Notes under the pieces: generated by a model
The model's input: the letters and a program-made list of their open reading frames with translations, nothing else
The model's database searches: none
What the model was told of the DNA's origin: nothing
Shown: positions 19,601 to 27,878 of the stretch, in pieces
Layout: each line of letters opens with the position of its first letter
How positions within the stretch are numbered: the first letter of the stretch is position 1
NCBI GenBank assembly: GCA_015066385.1
Contig: SVOJ01000007.1
Span: 17,448-81,447 of the forward strand
Direction of reading: 5' to 3'
From: Oscillospiraceae bacterium
GTDB taxonomy: Bacteria; Bacillota; Clostridia; Oscillospirales; Acutalibacteraceae
DNA length: 64,000 nt
Translations under genes and position numbers: made by a program

Positions 19601-20136
19601 GCGCGACTCTGACCCAAAACTGTTCGGGCGGTGTTGCTTCCTGCGAAAAGCAGGCCGTTTGTGACTATTGCGGCAGCGGCTACGGCAAAGGCGGCGACCA
19701 CAGTTTTGAAACCGCCCATGACGATACCCACCATTGGGGGGTATGCAGCGGTTGCGGCAAAACAACACCTGCGGATGAACATACCTTTACCGCATGGACC
19801 ATCATAACGCAGGCTACCCCCCAGACCACAGGTCTGCGCAGACGTCTGTGCACAACCTGCGGTGCAGTCTACATCGAAACTTTACCGCGCCTCTTTGCAA
19901 TGGGTGACGTTGATTTTGACGGACAGATCACCGCCGGCGATGCCCGTCTTGTCCTGCGCGCTTCCGTAGGTCTTGAAACCCTGTCCGCTGCTGCTGTTGC
20001 TTCTGCCGATGTGGAAAAAGACGGTGCTGTCACGGCAGGTGATGCAAGACTGTTACTTCGCGCTTCGGTTAGTCTTGAGGATGCCTCTGCCTGGGGTAAT
20101 ATCGGACTTGACAACGAAGGCAATGTGATTTCATAA
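16666..20136 (+). CDS. Secreted multi-module protein: Listeria-Bacteroides (Flg_new) repeats, cohesin-like module, seven Cys-rich modules, dockerin
   Basis: Start MRKLIKKSLAVLLAVLLMV (signal peptide). It has four or five Y-[TS]-F-[SA]-G-W repeats and a ~130-aa cohesin-like segment at about nt 17580-17975. The module C-x-GG-x-A-x-C...C-x-x-C...YG occurs seven times. It ends with GDVDFDGQITAGDARLVLRASVGLE and ADVEKDGAVTAGDARLLLRASVSLE. Confidence 0.75.
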   Translation: MRKLIKKSLAVLLAVLLMVPSVTGLSAFADSLYEQTYYIVTYILDGEEYTAQAYHYGDTIVFPELTVNTGYTFSGWSDKDGTIYDETSVILGDTQLFGSLTLNDYTLTYIVNGEIYKTQTAHYNDMLAYVTHPVETGYSFAGWYADAGCTEAAPAVMPDGDLTVYGKYTQNHYTISYFVDGVDTALKQENYAYGDTIEPLRNYDEIEGMTFSGWYLDSALTESIPETMPDNDLIFYGKLTPNKYVLTYYLNGGYHTSQTYEYNQPITYLAYVPQEGFTFSDWLLADGAYKPLRMPAHNVTVYGTVTKVSAANVNGGTYGSVTVGDSVEVTVSLDAPFLTGLTISDFVFDDDVFMLDSIEWLCGGTQEIDLGNRVASVVFDENTDLDGDVLTLTFVVLSNAEVGEYDISFSAAATTDMGIGPVDVNTVVTPAKVQIICAAHEFAGGRIVANKNNTHSLYCANGCGVSINQSCDGGTATCLQKAVCSVCEAQYGQKLAHNYSGLPRGNGDGTHSYRCVSGCGEYGKDKIGCTYGVALNNGDNTSHKLSCTVCGESKNENCYGGTVTCLTVATCERCGVAYGDVLPHSYTGNVRNNYNGTHDSLCVNGCDLYGGRTDCEYACTNKTAGVHTKTCTLCNYTIDEYCSGGKASCLAPANCAFCEAAYGEPVAHSYTGEARNNEDGTHALQCVNGCGEYGEAVACTPDTFVSDGDATHSAACTVCEAVLHGDCTGGTATCAEYAKCDVCNGAYGELLNHDYSGVLAPNGDGTHSRLCVNGCDQTGSDVQTCTFSDWVGDGISAHTKTCSECKDQISENCTGGTATCIEKAVCAVCASEYGELLAHTFPQGAQGQAVSNSNGTHKCFCTACEQDVVLPCDYSCIPNQNGTHIAICKSCNYTVTDQPCSGGTATCLAAAVCEGCLASYGDPLKHDYSGSAKDNGNGTHCLQCVNGCEQFGGEKITCRPDTFVSNENDTHSAPCLDCGATLTQNCSGGVASCEKQAVCDYCGSGYGKGGDHSFETAHDDTHHWGVCSGCGKTTPADEHTFTAWTIITQATPQTTGLRRRLCTTCGAVYIETLPRLFAMGDVDFDGQITAGDARLVLRASVGLETLSAAAVASADVEKDGAVTAGDARLLLRASVSLEDASAWGNIGLDNEGNVIS

Positions 20137-20169
20137 AAACAAAAATCGGACGGATCGGAGCACAACGGA

Positions 20170-20844
20170 ATGGAACTTCTCAGCCTTGCCGTACAGTTTG
20201 CGGCTCAGAAACATGATGCCATGCGCCGTAAAGGCACAGACCTGCCCTATATTCTGCATCCGATGGAAACGGCATCCATTGTCGGTACCATGACGAGCGA
20301 TGTGCAGATTCTTGCGGCGGCGGTGCTGCATGATGTTGTGGAAGATACCGCAACCGACATAGCGGAAATCCGTGAACGGTTCGGGGAACGGGTTGCACAA
20401 CTCGTTGCCGCCGAAAGCGAAAACAAAAGGGAAGACCGTCCTGCGGCAGACACCTGGCTTATGCGTAAGCAGGAAACGATCGATGTGCTTCGTAACACAC
20501 AGGATGTCGGTATCAAGATGATCTGTCTGGGCGACAAACTTTCCAATCTTCGTTCCTTTAAGCGTGATTATGCGGCATTGGGCACGGTGTTTTATCAGCG
20601 GTTCAATCAGAAAAATCCGCAGATGCATCGTTGGTATCACCGCAGTATTGCCGATGCCATGCCCGAACTTAAACACTTCGATGCGTGGAAAGAATATGAT
20701 ATGCTGATCCGAACATTTTTTGATGGTGAAGAAAATGGAACAAAAAAGAACAAAACTGACTTTCAAACAACTCAGATACTATGCACGCATGGCGGCAGAT
20801 GCTTATGTGAGCGATCCTGTTCATATGTATGCGACCAAGCATGA
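20170..20844 (+). CDS. HD-domain (RelA/SpoT-type hydrolase-like) protein
   Basis: AAQKHDAMRRKGTDLPYILHPMETA and AAVLHDVVEDT are HD hydrolase motifs. The last ~40 codons overlap the next gene and look like a non-native extension. Confidence 0.7.
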   Translation: MELLSLAVQFAAQKHDAMRRKGTDLPYILHPMETASIVGTMTSDVQILAAAVLHDVVEDTATDIAEIRERFGERVAQLVAAESENKREDRPAADTWLMRKQETIDVLRNTQDVGIKMICLGDKLSNLRSFKRDYAALGTVFYQRFNQKNPQMHRWYHRSIADAMPELKHFDAWKEYDMLIRTFFDGEENGTKKNKTDFQTTQILCTHGGRCLCERSCSYVCDQA

Positions 20845-21346
20845 AAAGTGGAGAAAACGCTATGACTATCATTTTATGCTTGCCCGCCTGATGACTTCCA
20901 ACCGTGAAGATATCATCTATACCGACGAAGAGCACAGAGGAATCTGCATCTGGCGCGATGCACACAATGCCTATACCATTTTTGATTTCTGGCTTTGTCC
21001 GACATGGCCCATGCTTGCTGTCTATGCCAAAAGCACCATTAAAATTCTCAAGGCATACAGTCACCTTGATGCCGAGGTATTTGAAAAAAATACCCTCATC
21101 ATTTCTCCCGTATTCACTGACCCTGCCCATCAGGGCAAGGGCATTGCCACAAAACTGATCAAACAGGGCATTGCCGACCTTGTCCCCTTGGGCTATAAGC
21201 TCGGACTCGAAACCCAGAACCCCGCCAATGTTTCGTTTTATGAAAAACTGGGTTTTGAAACCGTGAAATATGTCTATTTCAAAGGCGAAAAGATTCATAA
21301 TTATTATATGGTATACAATCCCGATTCCGACAAAGCCGAAAAATGA
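20720..21346 (+). CDS. GNAT family N-acetyltransferase
   Basis: DPAHQGKGIATKLIKQGI and NVSFYEKLGFE motifs. The start is uncertain: ATG at 20720, 20732 or 20789. Confidence 0.7.
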   Translation: MMVKKMEQKRTKLTFKQLRYYARMAADAYVSDPVHMYATKHEKWRKRYDYHFMLARLMTSNREDIIYTDEEHRGICIWRDAHNAYTIFDFWLCPTWPMLAVYAKSTIKILKAYSHLDAEVFEKNTLIISPVFTDPAHQGKGIATKLIKQGIADLVPLGYKLGLETQNPANVSFYEKLGFETVKYVYFKGEKIHNYYMVYNPDSDKAEK

Positions 21347-21349
21347 TAA

Positions 21350-21380
21350 AAAAAACCGCCATCAATGGCGGTTCTTTTTC
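21350..21380. terminator. Rho-independent terminator
   Basis: AACCGCC (21354-21360) pairs with GGCGGTT (21367-21373). It is flanked by an A run and a T run. Confidence 0.7.
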
Positions 21381-21415
21381 GGTGTGTGCGGCCAATAAAG
21401 GTTCTTTTTGTCGGA

Positions 21416-21778
21416 TCAGGATCCGCAACAGCAACAGGAATCATCTTCAAACGGAATATCATTTTTGCGAAGATAATCCTTTGCGGCATTTTTGGCGGCA
21501 ACCGTTGCCATGTGCGAGCAGTAAAAGAACTGCGGCGGCAGGTCGTTTTCCATGTTGTAAACAATTGCCATGTTGGTCATCTGCAACACGTCAATCACGG
21601 GTTTTTCGGGCAGAACATCACACAAGGTGCGTGCGCAGTCATCTAAATATGCACTGCCTTCGACCGAATATCCGCAGGATGTGATCATACCGTCTTCACC
21701 GACCACCAATGTCACAACAACGGTTTCATCTGTATCAAGCGGCACACTTTTGCCGATTCCTAAATTCTTCATCTTCAT
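21416..21778 (-). CDS. Hypothetical protein, degenerate NifU/IscU-like fold with CCCC tail
   Basis: 120 aa whose layout resembles IscU-type scaffolds, but most ligand Cys residues are replaced. It ends in DDSCCCCGS. The start overlaps the ychF stop by 1 nt. Confidence 0.45.
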   Translation of the reverse strand: MKMKNLGIGKSVPLDTDETVVVTLVVGEDGMITSCGYSVEGSAYLDDCARTLCDVLPEKPVIDVLQMTNMAIVYNMENDLPPQFFYCSHMATVAAKNAAKDYLRKNDIPFEDDSCCCCGS

Positions 21779-22872
21779 TATACGTTAAATCTGAACAGTA
21801 CAATGTCGCCGTCTTTCATGACGTATTCTTTGCCTTCGGAACGCATAAGACCTTTTTCTTTGCAAGCGGCGGTGGATCCTTCGCGGATGAGGTCGTCAAA
21901 GGAAACCACTTCCGCACGGATGAATCCGCGTTCGAAGTCAGTATGGATCTTGCCTGCGGCCTGGGGTGCTTTGGTGCCTTTCTGAATGGTCCATGCACGC
22001 ACTTCGGGCTTGCCGGCGGTCAGATAAGACATAAGACCAAGCAGGTCATAGCCTTTCTGAATCAGTACATCCAGACCGCCCTTTTCGATGCCTGCATCAG
22101 AAAGGAACATTTCTTTTTCGTCTGCGGGCAGGTCTGCAAGCTGTGCTTCGAGTTCTGCACAGATAGGCAGACAAGCACTGCCTTCTGCGGCGGCAAGGTC
22201 GCAAACCGCTTTGTAGTAGGGATTTGCATCCACATTGCCCGCAAAATCTTCTTCACTCATGTTGCAGGCATAAATGACAGGTTTGAGGGACAACAGTGCC
22301 ACGGTTTCGGCAAGTTCGCGTTCTTTTTCGCTCATTTCGACCGCACGGGCATTGACGGCATTGTCAAGATTTTCTTTCAGGCGGTTGAAGAAAGCAATGT
22401 CGGAAGCAAGGCTCTTGTCACCCTTCATGGCTTTGGTGTCGCGGTCAATGCGGCGTGAGAGCACTTCCGTGTCAGCCATCACAAGTTCAAGATTGATCGT
22501 TTCAATATCGCGTACGGGGTCAATATTGCCTTCAACATGAACAATATCGTCATTTTCAAAGCAACGCACCACATGCACAATGGCATCCACTTCGCGGATG
22601 TGTGCAAGGAATTTATTGCCGAGGCCTTCGCCTTTGGAAGCACCTCTGACCAGACCTGCAATGTCAACAAATTCAACTGTTGCAGGGGTGATTTTATCGG
22701 GATCATACAGTTTTGCAAGTGCTTCCAGACGGCTGTCGGGCACGGGAACAATGCCGACGTTGGGTTCGATTGTGCAGAATGCATAGTTCGCTGCCTGTGC
22801 TCCTGCATTGGTCAAAGCATTGAAAAGTGTGCTTTTGCCGACATTGGGAAGTCCTACAATACCTAATTTCAT
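21778..22872 (-). CDS. ychF: Ribosome-binding ATPase YchF
   Basis: [21 protein letters not shown] ... [23 protein letters not shown] ... the C-terminal TGS-like part. Full length, 364 aa. Confidence 0.95.
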   Translation of the reverse strand: MKLGIVGLPNVGKSTLFNALTNAGAQAANYAFCTIEPNVGIVPVPDSRLEALAKLYDPDKITPATVEFVDIAGLVRGASKGEGLGNKFLAHIREVDAIVHVVRCFENDDIVHVEGNIDPVRDIETINLELVMADTEVLSRRIDRDTKAMKGDKSLASDIAFFNRLKENLDNAVNARAVEMSEKERELAETVALLSLKPVIYACNMSEEDFAGNVDANPYYKAVCDLAAAEGSACLPICAELEAQLADLPADEKEMFLSDAGIEKGGLDVLIQKGYDLLGLMSYLTAGKPEVRAWTIQKGTKAPQAAGKIHTDFERGFIRAEVVSFDDLIREGSTAACKEKGLMRSEGKEYVMKDGDIVLFRFNV

Positions 22873-23029
22873 ATAAAAACCTCATTTCAAAACAAATTGC
22901 CGATATAAATTCAATTTATTGTAGCACGAAGTAAACAAAAAAGCAATGCAAAACAGAAAAATAAAAAACTTGCCTTTTGTTTTTCTTTATGTATAATAAA
23001 AATAAGAGCACCCGAAAGGAGGAATCGTC

Positions 23030-25633
23030 GTGAAGAAGCAAAAAGGGAAAGAACTGTTTGTCCGTTTTCGTCCCGTTTTGTTTTCATTTGCAGTGCCGTT
23101 TGTTTTTCTCGGCATGATCATGCTTTTTCTTTTTTTGAAAAACGGGATCGCAGTCATCGGCGGTGACTGCACCGGGCAGATGATTCCTTTTATGACTGAG
23201 TTCCGCCGCAAGATCTTGTCGGGCGAAAATCTGTTTTACTCGTGGTCGGGCGGCGGCGGTTATGATTTCTGGGCGGTTTACTGCTATTACCTTTCAAGCC
23301 CCTTTACATGGCTGAGCCTGCTTGTAAAAGAAGAAAGTCTGCCGCTGTTTGTCAATTTTTTGGTACTGCTGAAAATTTCTCTTTGCGGTGCAGGATTTTC
23401 GTATTATGCAGTCCGCAAAAATCTTTGTAAAACAGAAGCACAAACGGTGCTGTTTTCTGCACTGTATGCCCTGTGCGGCTATACGGCGGCATACAGCATC
23501 GACATTATGTGGATGGAAGCGGTTGCGCTGTTCCCGCTGTTGATGCTGGGTATGGACCGTCTTGTTTATGATAAAAAACCTGCCTTGTATACCTTGACTC
23601 TCGCACTTATTTTTATGTGCAACTATTATCTCGGCTTTACTGTTGCGGTCGGTGTGTTTTTTTATTACTTCACATTCCGTTTTGACAGTGTGCGTGATTT
23701 TTTTGCAAAAAGTGTCCGCATCCTCGGTTTTTCCTTGCTTTCGGCGGCAAATTGCGCGGTTTTTCTGTTCCCGAGTTTTCTTGTTGCAATGGAAGCGGGA
23801 CGTGCTGATGAAGAAGCACGATTCGGTTTTTTGGATAACTTTTGGGACAGTGTGCGTAATCTGCTGTTTTTTGACCCGCCTGCCACGGCAAGCGAATCGG
23901 CAAGTGTTGCCAATATTTATGTAACCGTTTTTGCTTTGTTTTTTGTATTTCTCTGGTTTTTTGCATCCAAAGCACCCAAACGCGAAAAAATCAGAAACGG
24001 TATTATTGTTGCATTTTTATTTTTGAGTTTTAATATAGGGACTCTTAATATGATTTGGCATGGTTTTCGTATGCCGATTCTGGTGCAGAACCGTTTTTCG
24101 TTTATGCTCTGCTTTATTTTGCTGGTCATGGCGGCGAAAGCCTTTTCCGAAAAAGAAAAACTTGACCGCACCATGGCGGCATGGGGCAGTGCGGCATTCC
24201 TGCTTTTTGCGGTCATTCTTTGTTTTGCAAATACCGAAAACAAAATCCGCATCGTTTTTTCTCTGCTTGCGGCGGTAGCTTACATTTTTGTTTTCTTCAA
24301 AATCAAAAAACAGCGTCTGCAGTTTGCCGTGTATTCCGTTTGTGCCGCTGTCGGTGTTTCTGTATGTTTTCTGCTTGCCGTGCAAAACGGAACCGGAGAG
24401 TATTCGGATTCTGTATATAATCCGGCGATTGCAGAAGCAGTGAGCGAAACACAGACAGATGATTTTTGCCGTGAAAAGAATCTTTGCATTGATGAAAATG
24501 CACCTTCCATAAACAGTTCGATACTGTATGGTTTGCGCGGATTTCCCATTTTCAGTTCTTATATCAATGCAAAACAAACTACGCAGTATATCCGTTTCGG
24601 ATTGGTAAATTTTTTGTGGGATTCTTATGCTATACAACATTTTGACGGACAAAATCTCGGAAATTATAATCTGCCCAATTCCGTCAATGTCGTGGCGGAT
24701 TCGTTGTCCGGAGTGAAGCACATTTATGCATATAAAGATATGGCGGTCAATTCCGATCTGTTGCGCCTCGCTTATGAAAAGGACAATATTGTCGTTTATG
24801 AAAATAATTACGCCTTACCTGTCGGTTTTCAACTGAAAAACAAAACGATTACAGATATAGGGAACACATCTCTTTTGCCGCATTCGGTGTATAACAGCAT
24901 CGGAAAAAGTCTGGATTGCGCGCTGTACAGATCCTGTACACTGACACTGGATGTGACAGAAAACACATTGTTTGAAAAATCGCAATATGCGACTTATACA
25001 TTTTATTCCGACAATGAAGAGCCGGTAAATGCAACCTTTAGGTACCGTGTTAAAGAAGATAACACGCCGTTGGTATTGTATTACGGCGGTATGACAAAAA
25101 TGAATGTTACAGTCCGTTGTAACGGTGAAGAGATATACAGCTGCAAGCAGTTCTTTTCCGATTTCCCGGAACTGGGAACTTTCAAAAAGGGCGATCAGAT
25201 TGAAATCAATATTTCTTCAATCAATGTTACTTCGCTTTCCGTTGAGTTAATGATCTTTGATGAAGATGCATTTGTGCGTATGCAACAGCAGTTGAATGAA
25301 GCTGCATTGCAGGTCACGGAAAGTGCGGATGACCGGATCATCGGCACGGTATCGGCAAAAGAAGATCATGTGCTGTTTACGAGTATTCCGTATTCCAAAA
25401 ACTGGAAAGCGTTTACGGACGGTGAAGAAACACAAGTCACTTCCTTGTCTGACGGTTTCCTCATTATTCCTCTGACGGCAGGCGAACATACCATCGAATT
25501 GCAATACACGCCGCCGCTGTTCCGGGAATGCCTCTGCATCAGCATTTTCGGCATTCTGCTTTCCTTTGTCACATTTTTTGTTTATCATAAAAAAATAAAA
25601 TCGAACAAATCACGAAAGGATGATTCAATATGA
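23030..25633 (+). CDS. yfhO: YfhO family polytopic membrane protein (putative glycosyltransferase)
   Basis: 867 aa with many TM helices, the N-terminal motif GDCTGQMIPFMTEFRRKILSGENLFYSW, a large extracytoplasmic C-terminal part and a final TM helix. Confidence 0.75.
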   Translation: MKKQKGKELFVRFRPVLFSFAVPFVFLGMIMLFLFLKNGIAVIGGDCTGQMIPFMTEFRRKILSGENLFYSWSGGGGYDFWAVYCYYLSSPFTWLSLLVKEESLPLFVNFLVLLKISLCGAGFSYYAVRKNLCKTEAQTVLFSALYALCGYTAAYSIDIMWMEAVALFPLLMLGMDRLVYDKKPALYTLTLALIFMCNYYLGFTVAVGVFFYYFTFRFDSVRDFFAKSVRILGFSLLSAANCAVFLFPSFLVAMEAGRADEEARFGFLDNFWDSVRNLLFFDPPATASESASVANIYVTVFALFFVFLWFFASKAPKREKIRNGIIVAFLFLSFNIGTLNMIWHGFRMPILVQNRFSFMLCFILLVMAAKAFSEKEKLDRTMAAWGSAAFLLFAVILCFANTENKIRIVFSLLAAVAYIFVFFKIKKQRLQFAVYSVCAAVGVSVCFLLAVQNGTGEYSDSVYNPAIAEAVSETQTDDFCREKNLCIDENAPSINSSILYGLRGFPIFSSYINAKQTTQYIRFGLVNFLWDSYAIQHFDGQNLGNYNLPNSVNVVADSLSGVKHIYAYKDMAVNSDLLRLAYEKDNIVVYENNYALPVGFQLKNKTITDIGNTSLLPHSVYNSIGKSLDCALYRSCTLTLDVTENTLFEKSQYATYTFYSDNEEPVNATFRYRVKEDNTPLVLYYGGMTKMNVTVRCNGEEIYSCKQFFSDFPELGTFKKGDQIEINISSINVTSLSVELMIFDEDAFVRMQQQLNEAALQVTESADDRIIGTVSAKEDHVLFTSIPYSKNWKAFTDGEETQVTSLSDGFLIIPLTAGEHTIELQYTPPLFRECLCISIFGILLSFVTFFVYHKKIKSNKSRKDDSI

Positions 25634-26505
25634 ACAACAAATTCCACGGCGTATTTCCCGCACTGCTGACCCCCTATGACAAAAACGGATTTGTCAACTG
25701 CGAAACCATTGAAGCTCTCGTTGAACACAATCTCAAAAAAGGCGTAACGGGATTCTATGTAGGCGGTTCCACCAGTGAAGCATTCCTGCTTTCCATGGAC
25801 GAACGCAAGACCATCCTTGAAACGGCTGTCAAGGCCGCCGCAGGCAAGGCTACCATCATTGCACACGTCGGTTGCGTTTCCACCGAACACACGGCAGAAC
25901 TTGCCCGCCATGCCGCAAAAGTCGGTGCAGATGCAGTCAGTGCCGTTCCGCCTTTCTACTATGGTTTCTCTTTCAACGAAATCAAAAATCATTACATGAC
26001 CCTTGCAGACGAAAGCGGTCTGCCCGTTATTATTTACAACTTCGTTGCCAACGGCGGCAGCAAGCTGTCGCAGGAAAATTTCGAAGTATTCCTCAAAGAT
26101 CCCCGTTTCCTCGGTGTCAAGCATACCAGTGCAGACATGTTCCTGCTTGAAAGACTCAAAGGCATGCGTGATGATGTTGTTGTGTTCAACGGCTTCGACG
26201 AAATGTTCATCAGCGGTCTTGCCGCAGGTGCAGACGGCGGTATCGGCAGCACCTACAACTTCATGGCTGAAAAGTTTGTCAAGATCGAAACCCTGTTCAG
26301 AGCAAACAAGATCGACGAAGCACGCGAAGAACAGAAAAAAGCAAACAACATCATTGCAGCCCTCATTCAGGTCGGTGTTATCCCCGGTTGCAAGGCCATT
26401 CTGCGTTCGCAGGGCTTTGACATGGGCGAAGCCAGACGTCCGTTCTCTCCGCTCACAGCCGAACAGAATGAAATGCTGCTGAAAGTTTACAGCGAAAACG
26501 TATAA
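25630..26505 (+). CDS. nanA: N-acetylneuraminate lyase-like (DHDPS/NAL family) aldolase
   Basis: YVGGSTSEAFLLS, SAVPPFYYGFSFNEI and the Schiff-base-type GVKHTS closely follow the NanA pattern. The start overlaps the yfhO stop by 4 nt. Confidence 0.7.
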   Translation: MNNKFHGVFPALLTPYDKNGFVNCETIEALVEHNLKKGVTGFYVGGSTSEAFLLSMDERKTILETAVKAAAGKATIIAHVGCVSTEHTAELARHAAKVGADAVSAVPPFYYGFSFNEIKNHYMTLADESGLPVIIYNFVANGGSKLSQENFEVFLKDPRFLGVKHTSADMFLLERLKGMRDDVVVFNGFDEMFISGLAAGADGGIGSTYNFMAEKFVKIETLFRANKIDEAREEQKKANNIIAALIQVGVIPGCKAILRSQGFDMGEARRPFSPLTAEQNEMLLKVYSENV

Positions 26506-26507
26506 AA

Positions 26508-27869
26508 ATGAACATCATCATTGCAGGCATCGGCAAGTTGGGTGATGCACTTGTCGAATATCTTGTTCTTGAAAATCACAACATCACCGTCATAGATACC
26601 AATCCGGCAACCGTTGATGCCGTCGTAAACAAATATGACGTGTTCGGCATAGTGGGGAACGGTGCAAGTTTGCCGATTCTGCAGGAAGCCGATGTGCACA
26701 ACACGGAATTGTTTATTGCGGTAACGGATTCGGACGAACTGAATCTTGTGTGCTGTATGGTTGCAAAAAAAGCGGGCGCACAACACACCATTGCCCGTGT
26801 CCGCAATCCCGAATATGCCAGACAAGGGGCATTTTTGCGCTCGGAACTGGGATTGAGCATGCTTGTCAATCCCGAATACGATGCGGCACATGAAATCTCA
26901 CGTCTGTTGCAATTCCCCGCGGCGGCAAAGATTGAAAAATTTGCCCGCGGCAGAGTTGACATGGTCGAAATTGCACTCACGGCAGGAAATCCCCTGTGCG
27001 GTTTGTCATTGAAGCAGATCGGCACGCGATTTGCAGAGCAGATCCTGATTTGTGCGGTCAGCCGTAAGGACGATGTGTTTATTCCGAAGGGTGACTTTGT
27101 GTTGCAGGCAGAAGACCGCATTTCCATAGTTGCCAGCCACAGCAATATTGCTTCGCTTTTCCGCACACTCGGCATCACAAAGAAAAAAATCCGCTCCGTT
27201 ATGATTATCGGCGGCGGAAAGATCGGCTATTACCTTGCCTCCCGTCTGCAGAAAACAGGCGGCATCAAGGTCAAAATCATTGACAACAACAAAGATACCT
27301 GTTATGAACTTGATAAACTTCTTCCGAAGTGCGAAATCGTCTGTGCTGACGGTACGGATTCGGATATTTTAGAAGAAGAAGGCATCAGCGAATGCGATGC
27401 TGTTGTTGCGTTGACGGGTATTGATGAAGAAAATATTATCATCTCGCTGATTGCAGATCTGAACAAGGTTGATAAGATTGTAATCAAAGTCAATCGTTCC
27501 TCTCTGAATCGTCTTTTGCACAAACTGCAGAGCGAAAGTTTTATTGCTCCCCGTTATATCACGGCGGCGAACGTTGTGCGCTACGTGCGTGCGGTTTCGC
27601 ATTCAAGCGGTATGAGCAAAATTCATGCCCTGCACAAACTGGTCGGTGATCAGTTGGAGGCCATGGAATTCATTGCTTCTTCCGATTTCCCCGGTTGCGG
27701 AGTAAAACTTAAAAATCTGAACGTTCGCAAAAATACCCTTGTTGCATGTATGCTTCGCAATGATACACTTATATACGCAAACGGGGATGCTGAAATTTTA
27801 CCTGACGACCGCGTTGTGGTCATCACCGCCAATGAAGCTGTTTCCGACCTGCGGGATATTTTGGAGTAA
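26508..27869 (+). CDS. trkA: Trk potassium uptake NAD-binding subunit TrkA
   Basis: 453 aa with two Rossmann/RCK halves (MNIIIAGIGKLG..., VMIIGGGKIGYYLA). Confidence 0.9.
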   Translation: MNIIIAGIGKLGDALVEYLVLENHNITVIDTNPATVDAVVNKYDVFGIVGNGASLPILQEADVHNTELFIAVTDSDELNLVCCMVAKKAGAQHTIARVRNPEYARQGAFLRSELGLSMLVNPEYDAAHEISRLLQFPAAAKIEKFARGRVDMVEIALTAGNPLCGLSLKQIGTRFAEQILICAVSRKDDVFIPKGDFVLQAEDRISIVASHSNIASLFRTLGITKKKIRSVMIIGGGKIGYYLASRLQKTGGIKVKIIDNNKDTCYELDKLLPKCEIVCADGTDSDILEEEGISECDAVVALTGIDEENIIISLIADLNKVDKIVIKVNRSSLNRLLHKLQSESFIAPRYITAANVVRYVRAVSHSSGMSKIHALHKLVGDQLEAMEFIASSDFPGCGVKLKNLNVRKNTLVACMLRNDTLIYANGDAEILPDDRVVVITANEAVSDLRDILE

Positions 27870-27878
27870 AAAAAGAAA

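Noticed and set aside
17299-19782. 827-aa ORF on the minus strand
   Set aside because: It is antisense to the Cys-rich dockerin gene. It has no signal or domain features, and its composition mirrors the sense-strand codons. The plus strand has a signal peptide, recognisable repeats and a dockerin.
20131-20766. 211-aa ORF on the minus strand
   Set aside because: It is antisense to the HD-domain gene, which has clear HD motifs on the plus strand.
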